A DNA stretch of 64,000 nt from Bugula neritina (Eukaryota; Animalia; Bryozoa): contig OZ037772.1 in assembly GCA_964035545.1 (NCBI GenBank), positions 7,300,889-7,364,888 on the forward strand, given 5' to 3'. The notes under the pieces were generated by a model. It was not told the DNA's origin, made no database searches, and worked only from the letters and a program-made list of their open reading frames with translations. Below, in pieces: positions 25,951 to 40,200 of this stretch. Both the position numbers and the translations under genes were made by a program. Position 1 is the first letter of the stretch. Each line of letters starts with the position of its first letter.

Positions 25951-27408
25951 CAGTTTACGTGTTAAATCTGATGTTATACGCAGTTCAACATTAATTTAAA
26001 ATATTTATGCATTTTAAACTTAATATTAGTATTTATATTATAAATTTACCAATAATTTATTAAGGTTCAAAAAAAAGTATTGTGCATGTGTATATACAAG
26101 TGTGAAAATAATATAATATCTAAAATATGATTGCTCCAAGAAAAAAATAAGCACTAGTTAAAAAAATTGTAATTATTTATGAAAATATACAGTAAAATGT
26201 AAATATGTAAATCAATTATTATAAAAAAGCAGCCACTAGTTTAAACAATAGTCTACAAAAGCTTTCTTAAATGATTAACAGGCTATAGCAAAATTTAATA
26301 TAAATATAAATTTAAAAACATTTGAAGCTGCAGCATATAATTTCCATTAACACGATTATTGTGCTTTGCTCAACAGTTTGCCATCTAATTAACATAACCC
26401 AAGTTATTATACGTGAATTTTGGCAGAACTTTAAGACTTTTACATATTTTATGAAACTCTTCCAATTTTCTGAAGTTGCACCAAGTTTCATTGGCAGACA
26501 GCCAGCTATAATAAGGTTTTAATACTATATAATACTGATTGTTGAAATGCATTGTTCAATTATTTTGCATTAAAGCCTAAAACTTAAAATAAAGCTGTGC
26601 ATTATTAAATAATTTGACCCTTAATATATTATATAAGTTTTTAAATTGCCAGTGACAATTTATAGGCAAGTAAAAGAAGCGATATTATATTAATTATTTG
26701 GCAACTTCAAGTGAAATAAAATACAACATTCTGGCTGGCAACCCCACAACATTTCTCTGTTCATTTGAATAAATTATCTATAAAAATACTATAGCATAAA
26801 TATGTTACAAACCTAGTGTGAATTGTCAATTCTTGTGAATGATTGATGGCCCATGTTTTCTATAAATAAATACATTCATATAAATATATAAATATATTTT
26901 AATAAGAACAGTTGACACAAAACAAACTGTTCAAGTTACAAAACTTGATTTGAATTGCAACAAATTAAACTCTATCTTAAAATAGACAAGCCTTTAATGG
27001 TTTATAGTTTAGGGTTGACAATCGTAACACAAATCATTCATCACAAGAATTACAATGTTATACATATAATCTGCAAGTGTAAACATCGAATTGCATTGAC
27101 ATTAATTTATTCATTACCATATATAGCCTTTAGTTACAAATTATATTATATCAGCCAAAACTATTTGATTCTAAGTTTTTGTGAATGAGCTTCATAATTT
27201 AGAGCTCCTTTTGATAATTATATTTAAAGTAAGTGTAATGAAAGGTAAACAATGGGATACAATTTTCAGAACATAAGCTGATATTCCTATAAGTTATAAT
27301 AAAGTTTCATTCATTTAAATAATTTTCAATTAGACCATATAGTGAGGATGTTTTTGTTTTTATAAAAGGATTCAGTGGACTTTTTGGAGCTAGGATATAT
27401 TAGTTGAT

Positions 27409-27635
27409 TAGGGGCTCAGCTGTGGTCTAGAGGTTAGAGCATTTGCCTAGTAAACAAGAAGTCATGTGACAAAAACCATTGGTGATGTTAGGAAGAGCAT
27501 CCATGCAGTCATAATTGCTCATTTAATTGCCTCATGCATTTAAATAAGTCTTTAGTCTGCTTTAACAAAAACTCTTTTCATCAGGGGTTTCTCACACAGA
27601 GATAGTGACTATATAAACTTGCACTAGTTTCTTTT
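27409..27635 (+). mobile_element. SINE family 1
   Basis: Copy with part of the B box deleted. Confidence 0.8.
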
Positions 27636-30236
27636 AGTCTATTTATTGATTCACCACAACAAATGGTATTTCATATTGTCTACAATGGTATACAATATTT
27701 ATAAGACTCAAATATAATTTATATTGTAATATAGGTTTTTATGTAATTTATAGTAGTTTTATGATATCAATAGATAAAAGGTGCGTGGTATTATATAGTT
27801 ATGTTAATTACAATAGCTGTTTTATTATATATATACTTATAGAACGAAGAAAAAGCTACCAAACATATATCTTTATTTAAAAAAGCATATAAAAAACTGG
27901 AAACAATAGTTGAGTGCAATCATGTACACAGACAGAAACAATACATGTTAAAAACTTCAGTGAAGATAAGACAATGCCAAATTTTGATATTTTACTCAAT
28001 TATATTCTAAAACCTTTTTAGTCTAAATTAAGGTCTAAATTGATCTGAATGCCGATGAACCCAAGGGTTCATCGGTCCGAAAATCCATTGACAAGAAAGT
28101 CCATCCGTCAGGAAGTCTATTGGTCAGAAAGTTCATTGATCTGAGAGTTCATTGGTCTAAATAGAGTTATTTAATAAAATAAAACTGCTATAATTTTTAT
28201 TGCACAGGCTTATATTATATGCATATTATACTTAATATTTTTGAGGCACGCCCCCTATTATATAACAGCCCAAAAAACAGCTTGCTCCACGTGCATGTAG
28301 TATTGAACTTTTGTACGTACTTTAGAATATTTTATTGTACAACATTCAACTAAAACATAATGCTATACTGTTTGCAAATGTAACGTTCTAAATTTTTCAA
28401 AATAAAAAATGGTTTTATCAAAAATACACACCTTATATATAGGGCCCACAACTTCAAAAAATTTAATTTTTACAAAAAAACTTTATTTGTGCGGCTGTAT
28501 ATATGTAGTAAAATGGTTCTAATTCAAATGCTATGATGCCTATGAATTAGTTGAACAGATTTGCAATTGTGTTTGCTGATTTGAGAAAAGATTAAACTAG
28601 GCTTTTCTGTATACATTAAATGCACTTATACATTCATGAATTCTCCACTCAACACAACACTTGTTATATCTTTCCACGTGAATAACCATGAGATAGATTT
28701 AACAAGGGTGTGATATTAATAAAGGAAGCAGCTTCAAATGAGGATCATGTTTTAATAATCAATTTTTTTTTAAAGTGTTGAAGCTGTCATAATTAATTGA
28801 AAATCTATAGATAATAGAAAACTGGCAATATCACAAAATTTCTTTCCATTTGAATAAATTAAATTATACAACAAAACTACAAAATAACTTTGTTGCAAGC
28901 ATGTAGCTGTCAATCTATGCACGATTGATCACCTTTACTTTCTATAAATAAATATTAATATCACAACAATATATTTGAAATATATATGAAAGCAGTAGAT
29001 ATGTATAAACTTAATTTCTGAATTGAAAAAGTTGACTTTTAATTGCAAAAATTCAAATTCTGTTTTAAAATAGATAAATATGCTACATTATGATTATAGT
29101 TGAATGTAAACATTTGACAGATCTTATACTCAATTAAAATATTAATAATGACTAAATATAGGCTTTTGGCAGTAATTAATTCATTGTATTTAACCGCATT
29201 TTCAATTTACAGAAATTGAATTTCTTTGGTACTATAAGCTGATCTTTATTCACATTTTTGGGTTGTTATTTCAAATAAAGTCTTTTAATATGTAAAAATA
29301 TGTAAAAACTTGGCCTATGCTAAATTTGTAATATATGCCAGCATGGAAAAATTTGAACACAGTCTTGTTGCTATAATAAACAAGCCAATGAAGTTTTGTG
29401 AAACAAAATTGGTTTTTGCCAAAAATAGACAGATTGACAAACATTTAATTCTTGGATCACCATATTAGCTGAATTTCTGGCTCTTGCATAAATTTTGTCA
29501 AAATATTTGACAAACATTAGACTATTTAATAATGAGAAGTGAATGCTAAATTTTCAATGTAAAATTATCATATGAAGTTGTTTGATTTGATATATATAAC
29601 ATAATGCATTTAGTAAATGTTTAAATACACTACTAACAGCAGCATATATTATAGCACAAAATAAAGTCATAATTATACTCTATTACATTTTACATCAATA
29701 TTTTATAGAAAATGTTTCATTTTAATTTTCATACTAAAAATAATTAATTTTTAGTTATTTGCAAATTATTTTTTTAATACATATTTACTTTTGTAATATT
29801 TACAACTGCTGTCGTATGCACTTGACAATGCTGTATATATTCATATATTTTGTTACTCATAGCTTTGTTGTTATACAGGCTTTAAGAGAAAAAGCTAATG
29901 CTTTCTTTACAACTCAGAATACTATAAACATGTTAAATGCTCAATAAAGCATATTCATATAATGCATATACATACAATAGGCAAAACCATTATAATGATT
30001 ATAACATATATATAGCTAAAGACATTAATATTATAGTTATATATAAGATAATTATAATAGTTATATATAATTGAAAAATAATTGCCCCCACTGGGATTCG
30101 AACCACAGACCTCCAGCTTGAAAGCAAGTGAGCCAACCATTACACCACAAGGACCAGGTAAACCAAGTACTGCAATAGTGAAATTAAAAGCGCAATCAAA
30201 TCCTCCATGTAATATAGTGTAAATATTTTATGATTG

Positions 30237-30448
30237 CAGCAGCATGATAGGGGTTAGAGCGTTTGCCTAGTAAACACAAAGTCATGGGTTTGAGCATAGA
30301 TAAACGCCATTGATGATGTTAGGAAGAGCATCCAGTCATAATTGCTCCTGTGCCTCATTTAAATAAGTCTTTAGCCCGCTTCAACAAAAACCCTTTTCAC
30401 TAGGGGTTTCTCACAGAGATAGTGACTATAAACTTGCAAGAGTTTTTT
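30237..30448 (+). mobile_element. SINE family 1
   Basis: Matches the family consensus. Confidence 0.82.
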
Positions 30449-30654
30449 ATATTATGATTACCTTAGCAAGTCTAAATTCTTATAATATAGTTACTATTTA
30501 TTTACCAAAAAAGATTGGTGTTAATTGGCGGATGACCTATATTTAATTTGAGCATAACTTTCTGTGATGAATGTATTAATATTGCAATGTAAATGTAAAC
30601 TTCTAATCATGTAAACTCTTAATATTATTAGGAAGTATATTTCCTGATAATATT

Positions 30655-30697
<43 letters not shown>

Positions 30698-30730
30698 GTA
30701 TGTAGACAGTATATTATACAGTACATATTA

Positions 30731-30790
<60 letters not shown>

Positions 30791-31689
30791 TATATATACT
30801 AATTTATGTACTGTATAATATACTGTCTACATTAGTTACCAATATAAACTCAACTGGGTAGTTTTATTTAAGTGCAAATAAGTAAAAGTAAAACATAATT
30901 TCTTTTGAAAAACTAATAACTAAAAATTATTAATAATATCAATATACTGCATGTCACACTCTGCAGTACCTTAAATAACATGAGTTAGCATGATATCACT
31001 TTCACTAGAGTATTGCATGCTAATTATACTCTTATTAAAAGATGAGCAGCTTGAAATTAAAGACCGACTCAAAATAGTATATAGATACTGATATAGAGAA
31101 GAAAATGGTCACACTCTCTTAGAATTTAGATATAAATTCCTTCAACTAGGAGTTGTTTTCTCTTTAAAACAAAGAGTGTAGGAGTTATTCGCTCTCCACA
31201 TGTTGTCACGCTTGAATATTTTTAGAATTAACTCCACTTGTGAATTTCTAGTGGCTAAAATCTTTTAGCTCTTTCGTGATAAATATTCAGTTGAGTAGTT
31301 CAAGCATTTAATTTAATTGTATATTATTTTGTATCATATTTTATGTATTATAATCGGTTTAATTGTTTTACTGTCTATCATTATGTGTAAAACCGATATC
31401 CTATTATTATATTGCGTTATGTAATATTTCATGTATATGTATTATAGTAATTTTGTTTTTATATTTTGCATTATATAGTATTATAATAACTGATGTAATA
31501 AATTGCATAATTTGAATTAAAAGTTACGTTTTTTATAATAGTTAATTATAACTTCACTTAGCTTGAGTTTATATAACTGTTATATAGTTTGGGCCTTTGT
31601 ATTAGTGACATATATGTATGAGAATGGTGTGGTGACCATATATTATATTATATTATATTATTCTACCCATACCTGTTCTTTCTCTACTT

Positions 31690-32150
31690 TACTCTCTCTA
31701 CCCTACACTCTATACCCTACCCTCTGTACCCTACCCTCTGTCCCCTACCCTCTGTACCCCACCCTCTGTACCCTACACTCTATACCCTACCCTCTATATA
31801 CCCTACCCTCTATATCCTACCCTCTGTCCTCTACCCTCTCTGGTCTACCCCATGTACCCTACCCTCTGTACCCTACTCTCTGTACCCCACACTCTGTACC
31901 CTACCTACTGTACCCTACCCTCTGTACCCTACTCTCTGTACCCCACACTCTGTACCCTACCTACTGTACCCTACCCTCTGTACCCTACCCTCTATACCCT
32001 ACCTTCTATACTCTACCCTCTATACCCTACCCTCTGTACCCTACTCTCTGTACCCCACCTTCTATACACTACCCACTATACCCTACCCTCTATACCCTAC
32101 CTTCTGTACATTACCCTACTTTCTATACTGTATATACTCCACCCTACATG
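31690..32150. repeat. 14-nt minisatellite (taccctaccctctg)n
   Basis: About 30 degenerate copies. Confidence 0.93.
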
Positions 32151-32539
32151 CATTAAGTTACCATTGCTATCCTTCCTTACTTTTACTTATCCCACCTTAT
32201 CATCTCCCTACTCTCTTTTAACTTTTTTCCTTACCCTTTTCTGCACCACCTGTCTTGACCACTTTTTACCTTTTGTAAAATAATCCAGCTGCTACTGGGA
32301 ATCAAACTGCAGACCTCTAGCTTGCAAACTGACATGCTAACCATTACACCACAGGGACCACTGCAGTGTTTAAAGTGCCCATGGGCACTCTCAACACTAC
32401 ACCATACCAATTATTCTTTACCGACCTAATGTTGACCCTACCCCAACCTTATAAGCTTCTCTTCTCTAGCTTTATTTCTTTTCTTATAACCAACTTTTAA
32501 TGGGGCAATTATTTTTCATGACCCTTTTTTACTCCCTAA

Positions 32540-33680
32540 AATACCTTACCCTTTATCCTGCTACCGTAATATTTTCTCAACTTCCCCACAATCACATAAG
32601 TAGAGCACTTTACATCAACACTGGGTCTCAAATAACATTCAAATTTATCACATAGCCCACTGGAATGACAAATTTGCTGACTGTAATTTTTTGCCAAAAG
32701 TAGAATTTTATGCTGAAATATTACTATTAAAGATATAATGCCTACATACATTTCCTTATCTTTATGATGCAATTTATGAAATTAAGTTGCCTTTATTGCA
32801 CTCTCCATACCAAAAGTTAATCATTAGGTTAACCTCAATAATACCCCACCGAGGGTAATGACATGCACACTGGGCGATACTGAATGATAACTAAAACTCT
32901 TTCATCTTGTGGCTTTAACATTTGAGGGGATTCAACCCACCCCCCAACAAAGATACATGGCATATTAATAGGAAATGAAGCAAAGCCATATGACTGACAT
33001 GTTTACAAAATACTATAGATAAATGATTAATGTTTGGTTCCAGCAAACACAATAAGATTACAGCCATGTAGCCTACTAATGATTGCAGTGTATTTTAGGG
33101 TGGTCTGCTGAAGCCCCTCAATAAGTAGTTTATATATTTTGCTGATGCAGTAAATCTCGGCATGCTCACTTGTATAGCCAAGTGCTTGTGAACTTTGTTA
33201 GCTTTTCATTTATGTTGCAGCTTGTAAATTGAATGACTAAAATCTAACTAAGTAACAGCATATGCTATAATCAACTTGATTGCATTTTCCTTCACATTTT
33301 TTAACTATCTCCAGTTTGAATAGGCCTAAGTGGTTATAATCTTAGCAAAGTCTCTTGCATATAGTAATGATAATTACTATAGGGTATAGGCAATTCATAC
33401 ACTTTCTAATGTTCTCATTTTGAATCCAGCAATTTTTGTTTACATTGTATAGACATCGCTGAGATAATGAATTGCATGGTCCTTGATTATAGGTAAAATA
33501 AAATTGTTGTTAAATGAGCAATTGCTTGGCTTCCTAAAGGGCACACAACTCCAAAGTGTGTCATGTATCATTGGATTACCATCTTCATTAGGGGAAGATA
33601 TTTGGTTTGATGTAAAATGAATCCAGGCCGAAGCTCTGCATTTACCAACTAAGTGAAAAGTGTTTGATTATTAGCATATA
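32540..33680 (-). pseudogene. Possible highly decayed SWIM / YqaJ-type exonuclease transposon fragment
   Basis: Frameshifted minus-strand fragments (GKCRAS, WSC..F.KPSNCS, W.....R/FTAS, NYSQQI..SSGL...EC.L) fall in the order expected for such ORFs; weak. Confidence 0.3.
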
Positions 33681-34167
33681 TAACCATAACTCATTAGCTT
33701 CTAACATTCGTATTGTTGTAAGAAAGATCAATTTTAAGGCACTGCTGAAGAGAAAAGGATCTGAATGCTTCAAAGTTTAAAAAACAACATTTAAGCCCAA
33801 CATGTTGAGTAAAAGCTGGAAAATCAAATAGTTTGCAGCATATTAATGACTGTTTTATTATTACATTAGTTATAATACCTTTATCACTATTACACCAACA
33901 CTACTGACTAGGATATGCATACCTATTCTATCTTAATGTTGTAGCTTGTATTATGATAGCACCAGCAGTAAAAATCATACAAATATTCCAGAATCATAAA
34001 GATAAAAACGCTTTAGTAGGAAATAGTATGACAACAAGTACTAACTAATTACTAACACAAGTAGTACTGATAGTTTCAACTGCATAGAAAATAATTTATC
34101 ATAATTACATAATGGTATATCTAAATATCTAAATAGTGTCATTCTAAATTGAAAGCTTTGTCAAGAT

Positions 34168-34250
34168 ATCAGTGTGCCTCAGTGAGTGTGTTTCAGTGAG
34201 TGTGACTCAGTGAGTGTGACTCAGTGAGTGTGACTCAGTGAGTGTGACAA
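34168..34250. repeat. 14-nt repeat (tcagtgagtgtgac)n just 3' of the gene A stop
   Basis: 5-6 copies. Confidence 0.9.
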
Positions 34251-34290
34251 TCACTGACAATGTCAATGCAAGTAAGTGAGTCACTAAGAC

Positions 34291-37200
34291 TCAGAAAGCT
34301 GACTGAGAACTAGGCTTAAATATGTCAATGAAGATCTGTCGACTGTTTCTATCAACAGTATAACATAAGTTAGCATATTGTGTAAATCTGGACGTATCTC
34401 TCATTATTCCAGCTACATCTGTGAGTAAATCAAGTAGGTTTACTCTCATTACCGGCTTTTCTTTTCTGCTAGAAGACATAGAATTGCTGCTGTCTGATAA
34501 CACAGAATCATCTGTTGACATCTGTATGTCTGTTTGTTCTGTGATGTCATCAGAGGAGCTGGTAGCAGGTGTCAATAGTTTACTTCTGTAATCACTGGTC
34601 AGATCTCTCAGATGTTCTGACAGACACTTGAACATCAGTCCAGGCTTTGACCTGGTATAAAATGTAGAACATAAAAGTAATACGGAAATTTTGATTTTGT
34701 AATATTTTTGCATAGCCTATTCCATAATATTGAATTTTTTTTGGCTTGGGAAATACACCAATTATTACACTTGTAAAAACAGAGATAAAATTGGAAATAG
34801 GGCACCTTATAAAAACGTCAAAAATACACATCAAATAACTTTAATTTTAATTAAACTAGTGTATTTGTAACGTAAAACACCATTACAATGTAGCGCAGCC
34901 TTTTGACCAAGATTATGAAATTCTTTTTCCATACTTGCTGTCTGGTAGAGTAGAGAACATAATATAGCAGTCTACAGGAACTTCTAATGGTGGGAAAGCT
35001 GGTTGTCTGCTCCACTCCTGCCTTCTCAAAGTTTCATCCAAACCCCTCCTTACAGGTTGATACATAATTGTCACTTCATTCTCTGGCCATGGGAAATTAG
35101 AACTGGACTCAAAGCTGTGTGGAATTCTGTTGTACTGAGGGGGAATACCTCCTCGGCAAGCAGACAGAAATAGGAGCTACAAACAATAACCACATTATAC
35201 ATGTATTTCAATGTCTGAAGAACGCATGTATTTGTATATTCATGCAAACAAAGCAAACATACTATTTATATTTGTTGAACTATCAATATAACTATCTGTT
35301 TACTAACTGTTTTCAATTTTGGTCGGATAATTCCATTTCTGATTAATATTGTCAAATATTCTTAAATTAGATAGAAATCACAAGCTAAAAAGGCTGCATG
35401 TGTAAAAAATTACTTGACTAATCAAACCTTAGGAATATTCTGTACATTCCCTGTGTTGAATGAATCAACTACTTCCTGTACAGAACATAGTGATTGGTTA
35501 TCAGCTCCCATTATGTTTCTCTGATATCCATGAGAGAGGATAGTCAAAGCAGCCATTGAACCATGTCCTTCTGATCTGGAGAACTCAGATATAGAACTAA
35601 GCATTTCTTCTGCAGAGAGATCATACTTGACTTCTACCTGGTTTAGAGAAAGGTCAAGAGATTGAATCAACAAAAAAGAAAAATGATATTTGTTCTGTTC
35701 AGCATATCCTGTGCTGGTAAGTCATGAATTATTGAAACCATATTAATCAACACACTCCATGCATGAGAGTAGGAAATCATATTTGCAAAAATATACATTT
35801 AATAGTTTGGTAAAACCTATTATAACGATCCTTGGCGGTATGGAAAAGTTAACAGAGACAGATTGAAAATAGTAACTCCTCATTATAGAAGTCCGAAAAA
35901 ATTGGAATCATTTTGTTTGACTAAAAGTGTTTCTAGGAATCGGTTATGAATTTAACATTTGGGTAAATAACAAGCTCACTTATAAGCCTATTATCTTAGA
36001 TGTGCTTATCTGGTAGAATTGCAATCAAAAACATATTTATTACAAATCCCTACAGAATATATTTTTTTATTTTAATAAAGCTTACTTCAAAGCCAAAATA
36101 CTTTTTAAACACTTCAATACTCTTCTGGAGAGTGACTCTTCGAAACTTCAAGGGCTGATGTTCATACTGATTGCATAGAATCAGAGCTTTTCCTCTCCTC
36201 TCACAACATAGAGCCAGGTTGTTTTTGAGCTTCATTTCTTTAGGATCTGATTGATTCACTTCAGCATAAGAATTTCTTCTCATTTCACCGTTGTCAAATC
36301 TACTAGGTACACCATTATCTGGTCTACTCACTTCACTGTCTTCTGTCAGATACCAACCATCATCTCTGATGTATCTCTTGCTCAGAGTTGAGTTTACACC
36401 AACTTTCTGTACATCAGGATCACAGGTGAACACAGTGATCAGAGAATGTATAGACCCATGTTTCTCCATGTCCAGCATTGACTTTCTGAGCAAGACATTA
36501 AAATTTTGCATTAAAAGTAGAACATGTAATTTAATGTAGTAAAATATAGATCAATTTAAAAGTTAATTATATGTTTTTAGTGTTACCTTGCATATTCATC
36601 TGCATAGTACTTCACTGAAAGTATCAGGTAGTCAGGACCTGGTGGTATCAGATTTAGATCTGCTTCTTTCACAGAACTTCGTATCACTGCTATCTGTAAA
36701 CAGAACTCATGCATAACTTTGCACAACATAAAAACCTGATACACAGACAATACTATATAATTTATTTTTATACACAATTTCTCACTTAACAGCCTTAGAT
36801 ATTTTCCCTCAACTCCCAAAAAAAAAACAAACCTGAAGATAAATTACTTATTTGCTTTTTATTTTAATATAACTGTAGTCCAGCTGTAACTCAAACACAA
36901 AACAAAACAGAACATATAAAAAAACTTTTCCTGTGAAACAGTGACAAAGAAATGTACGCCACCTTGGGTTTACCACTATATATGGGTGAATCTACATCAT
37001 TGAGTTTTTCTTGTATAACCTCTTGCTTCAATTCTAAGGATTCTTCTAGACTACTCGCGTCAATGAAAATAATTTCACTGTCTTCTTCAACTTTCGACTA
37101 CAAACCGAAATAATCTGTAAATTATAATGGCGCCGAATGAACTGCATACACTTCATAGTAAATACCACTACAATTTTATATTTTTACATTCAGTTATACA

Positions 37201-40200
37201 TTCGAAAACAGTTTCTAGATTTGAAATAAAGTACTAAGTAATAAACCATATAATCACACAAATCGACATCCATAAATGAACTTACAAAAAGATGGCTTGA
37301 TGTAGGAAGATGTAAAGATTCTTTCTCATGGAGAGTTGGGGTGAACAAAGAGTGGGATAGCTTGAAAGCAGAGTCAAGCAAAGAGTATTCATTTAAACAA
37401 TACTTTAGTACTTTTAAAATTGTCTCATCATATCTATAATACTTTGAGTGCAATAAAGAAAATCCATTTGAAGAATATCGCAGCATGTCGAAACTTTCTG
37501 ATGATAATGAGACGTGTTTTGGAAAGGGATTAGTGTGATCAGCCAATCTGTATAGAAGAGTACTTGCAGATGTGTCGCACAGGACTTTTTGAATGTAGAA
37601 CTTCTCATCAAAATTTCTTCTGTGAATAATTGATAGGCAGTCGGTTAACTGTGTGTTGTTTACATTGATGATGTGTTGTCTCATTGGCAGGGGTAAATGC
37701 AGCATGAAGTCAGCAAACACTCGGGTGTTATACTTAGCAGCAACATAATGAATAGGTGTGTTACCATATACATCAGCATGCATCATATTTTCGATATTTG
37801 ATATGTAAAATGAGTATTCCTGAAGTACACTATACAGGTCCCCCAGAAAAGGTGACAGAGCTGCAAGGTGCCAAATGTTTTGGTGGCTGTTGTTTCGTTT
37901 TTGCAAAAGGGCAGCCATTGTATCTGAGCCACAATTCTGCTCAACACAGTTTAATAACATGTTTAGAGCACCGCTGTTTCCAAGGGAAATTATCGAAAGA
38001 ACTGGTGTGTGACCAAAGAGATCTTCATATGCTAGTAAATGCTCTAATGTATGGCTATTGAAAGATTTCATGATTATTTCAACAGATTCTTTATCATTAG
38101 CAAGATGCAATGCAGTTCGCCCATTGGCATCAACTGCAGCCAATAATCTAGTTGATCGGTAATTGGACAAATATTCTACTACAGACACCCGACGGAATGA
38201 AACAGCCATATGCAATGAAGTACGCATATTTTTGTTAGCAGCCAACAAAAAATTTTCCTGCTCAATCCTTGGAAAGGACTCAACGAGAGTCTCGGCTATC
38301 TTTCCAGTTTTAGCAAGATGTAATGCTGTGCACCCCTCAACATCTCTTTGTAGTATGAATCCATCAAACATTGAGCTGAAACTGCAGAGATATTCTACTA
38401 CATCTGTTAGACCACTGCCGGCAGCCAGATGCAAAGCTGTACGCTGATCATCATCAACAGATAGTATAAAATCTCTTCGTTTTTCAGGTGCAACTGATTC
38501 TACAAGTAGCTGAGCAATTTCCTTAGTTTTAGCAATGTGAAGAGCTGTCCAACCATCACTATCAGATCTTAGCAGTAGTTGGTCACTAGCTGAATGGCAA
38601 AGCAGTTTCACCACATCCATTCTTGAAGAAAGAGCTGCTAAATGTAAAGCTGTGCATTGATGTTCATCGGCAAGCACAATGAGATCATGCCTTTTACATG
38701 GCGAAAGTGACTCGATTAATAATTTTGCAATGTCTCTGTTTTCAGCATAGTGAAGAGCTGTTCTACCAAAGCAGTCCTCCTTTGTTAATAAACTATCGAG
38801 ATCAATATTTAGGCTGCTGAAGTACTTAATTACGTCAATTTTACCTGAAATTGCAGCAGTATGTAAAGCTGTGAACTCATTTTCATCAGTAAGAAGCACA
38901 AAAGATTCTTGTTTCTCAGGTGGGAGGCTTTTCACAATAAGTTCTGCTATCATTCTGCTTTGTGCAAGATGGAGAGCAGTTCTACCTTCATTATCCACTT
39001 TTAGTATCAACTCATCACTACTTGGATACACACTACAGAGGTATTCTACTACACCAATCCTGTTTCCTTTAGCAGCTGTATGTAGTGCTGTACACTGGCT
39101 CTCAGTAACAGAAAATATCAAACTTCTCCTTTCAGTCGGTGTAACTGACTCCACAAGTAGTTTGGCTATTTCTTTATTTCCTGCATAATGTAGGGCTGTG
39201 CTACTATTGCTATCTTTCTTTAGTATCAGTTCATCATCAGCTAGAGACAAACTACAGAGATATTCTACTACATCAGCTCTACCATTTTCTGCAGCTAAAT
39301 GCAATGCTGTACATTGATCGTTATCAACAGATAATATAAGATCTCTTTGTATTTCTGGTCTCACCGAGTTAACAAGTAATTTAGTTATCACTTTCTTTTC
39401 AGCACAGTGCAAAACTGTTCTACCATGACTATCTTTTTTCAGAAGAAGCTGACCGTCATTTGAATATAGACTGCAGAGATATTGTACTACATCAGTTCTA
39501 CCTAACAGAACCATTACATGCATAGCTGTACGCTGACTCTTATCAACAAACAACAAGAATTCTATCAGACGTTCAGGAGTAACAGACTCAACAAGGATTT
39601 TTGCAATTTGTTCATTATGAACGCAGTATAGAGGTGTCCAGCCACCACTGTCTGATTTCAGAATCAACTCTTCACTGCCTTCAGATAGATTGCATAAGTA
39701 TTCCACCACATCCACTCTATTTTTATGTGCAGCTCTATGCAATGCTGTGCGTTGCTTTTTATCAACCGACAATGCCAAGTATTTCTGGCTTTCAGGTCTT
39801 ACTGACTCTATCAGTAGTTTTGCTATATCTTTGTTTTTAGCATAATGTAAAGCTGTATCACCATCTCTATCTTTTTTCAGTAGCAAATCACCATCAGACA
39901 AGCTACAGAGATATTCTACTACATCTGTTCTACCACTTTCAGCAGCTGCATGTAATGCTGTGCAGTGATTCCTATCAACAGATAATATAAAAGCTTTCTG
40001 GTTCTCTGGTAGAACTGTTTCTAAAAGTAGCTTGGCAACTTCTCTATTTTCAGCATAGTGTAAGGGTGTCCAACCTTTAGCATCTTTCTTTAAAATCAGT
40101 TCATCATCTGTTATAGACAAGCTACAGAGATATTTTACTACATCTGTTCTACCATTGGCAGCAGCTATATGTAACGCTGTGAGCTTATCTTTGGTAACTA

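Noticed and set aside
31563-32283. Pro/Tyr/Thr-rich extensin-like ORFs
   Set aside because: A 14-nt minisatellite open in several frames, with no supporting gene structure.
37190-37285. C-terminal tails of the three long ANK ORFs as real protein ends
   Set aside because: Each begins at a GT(A/G)AGT donor at an equivalent position and the tails are unrelated among paralogs, so they are intron read-through.
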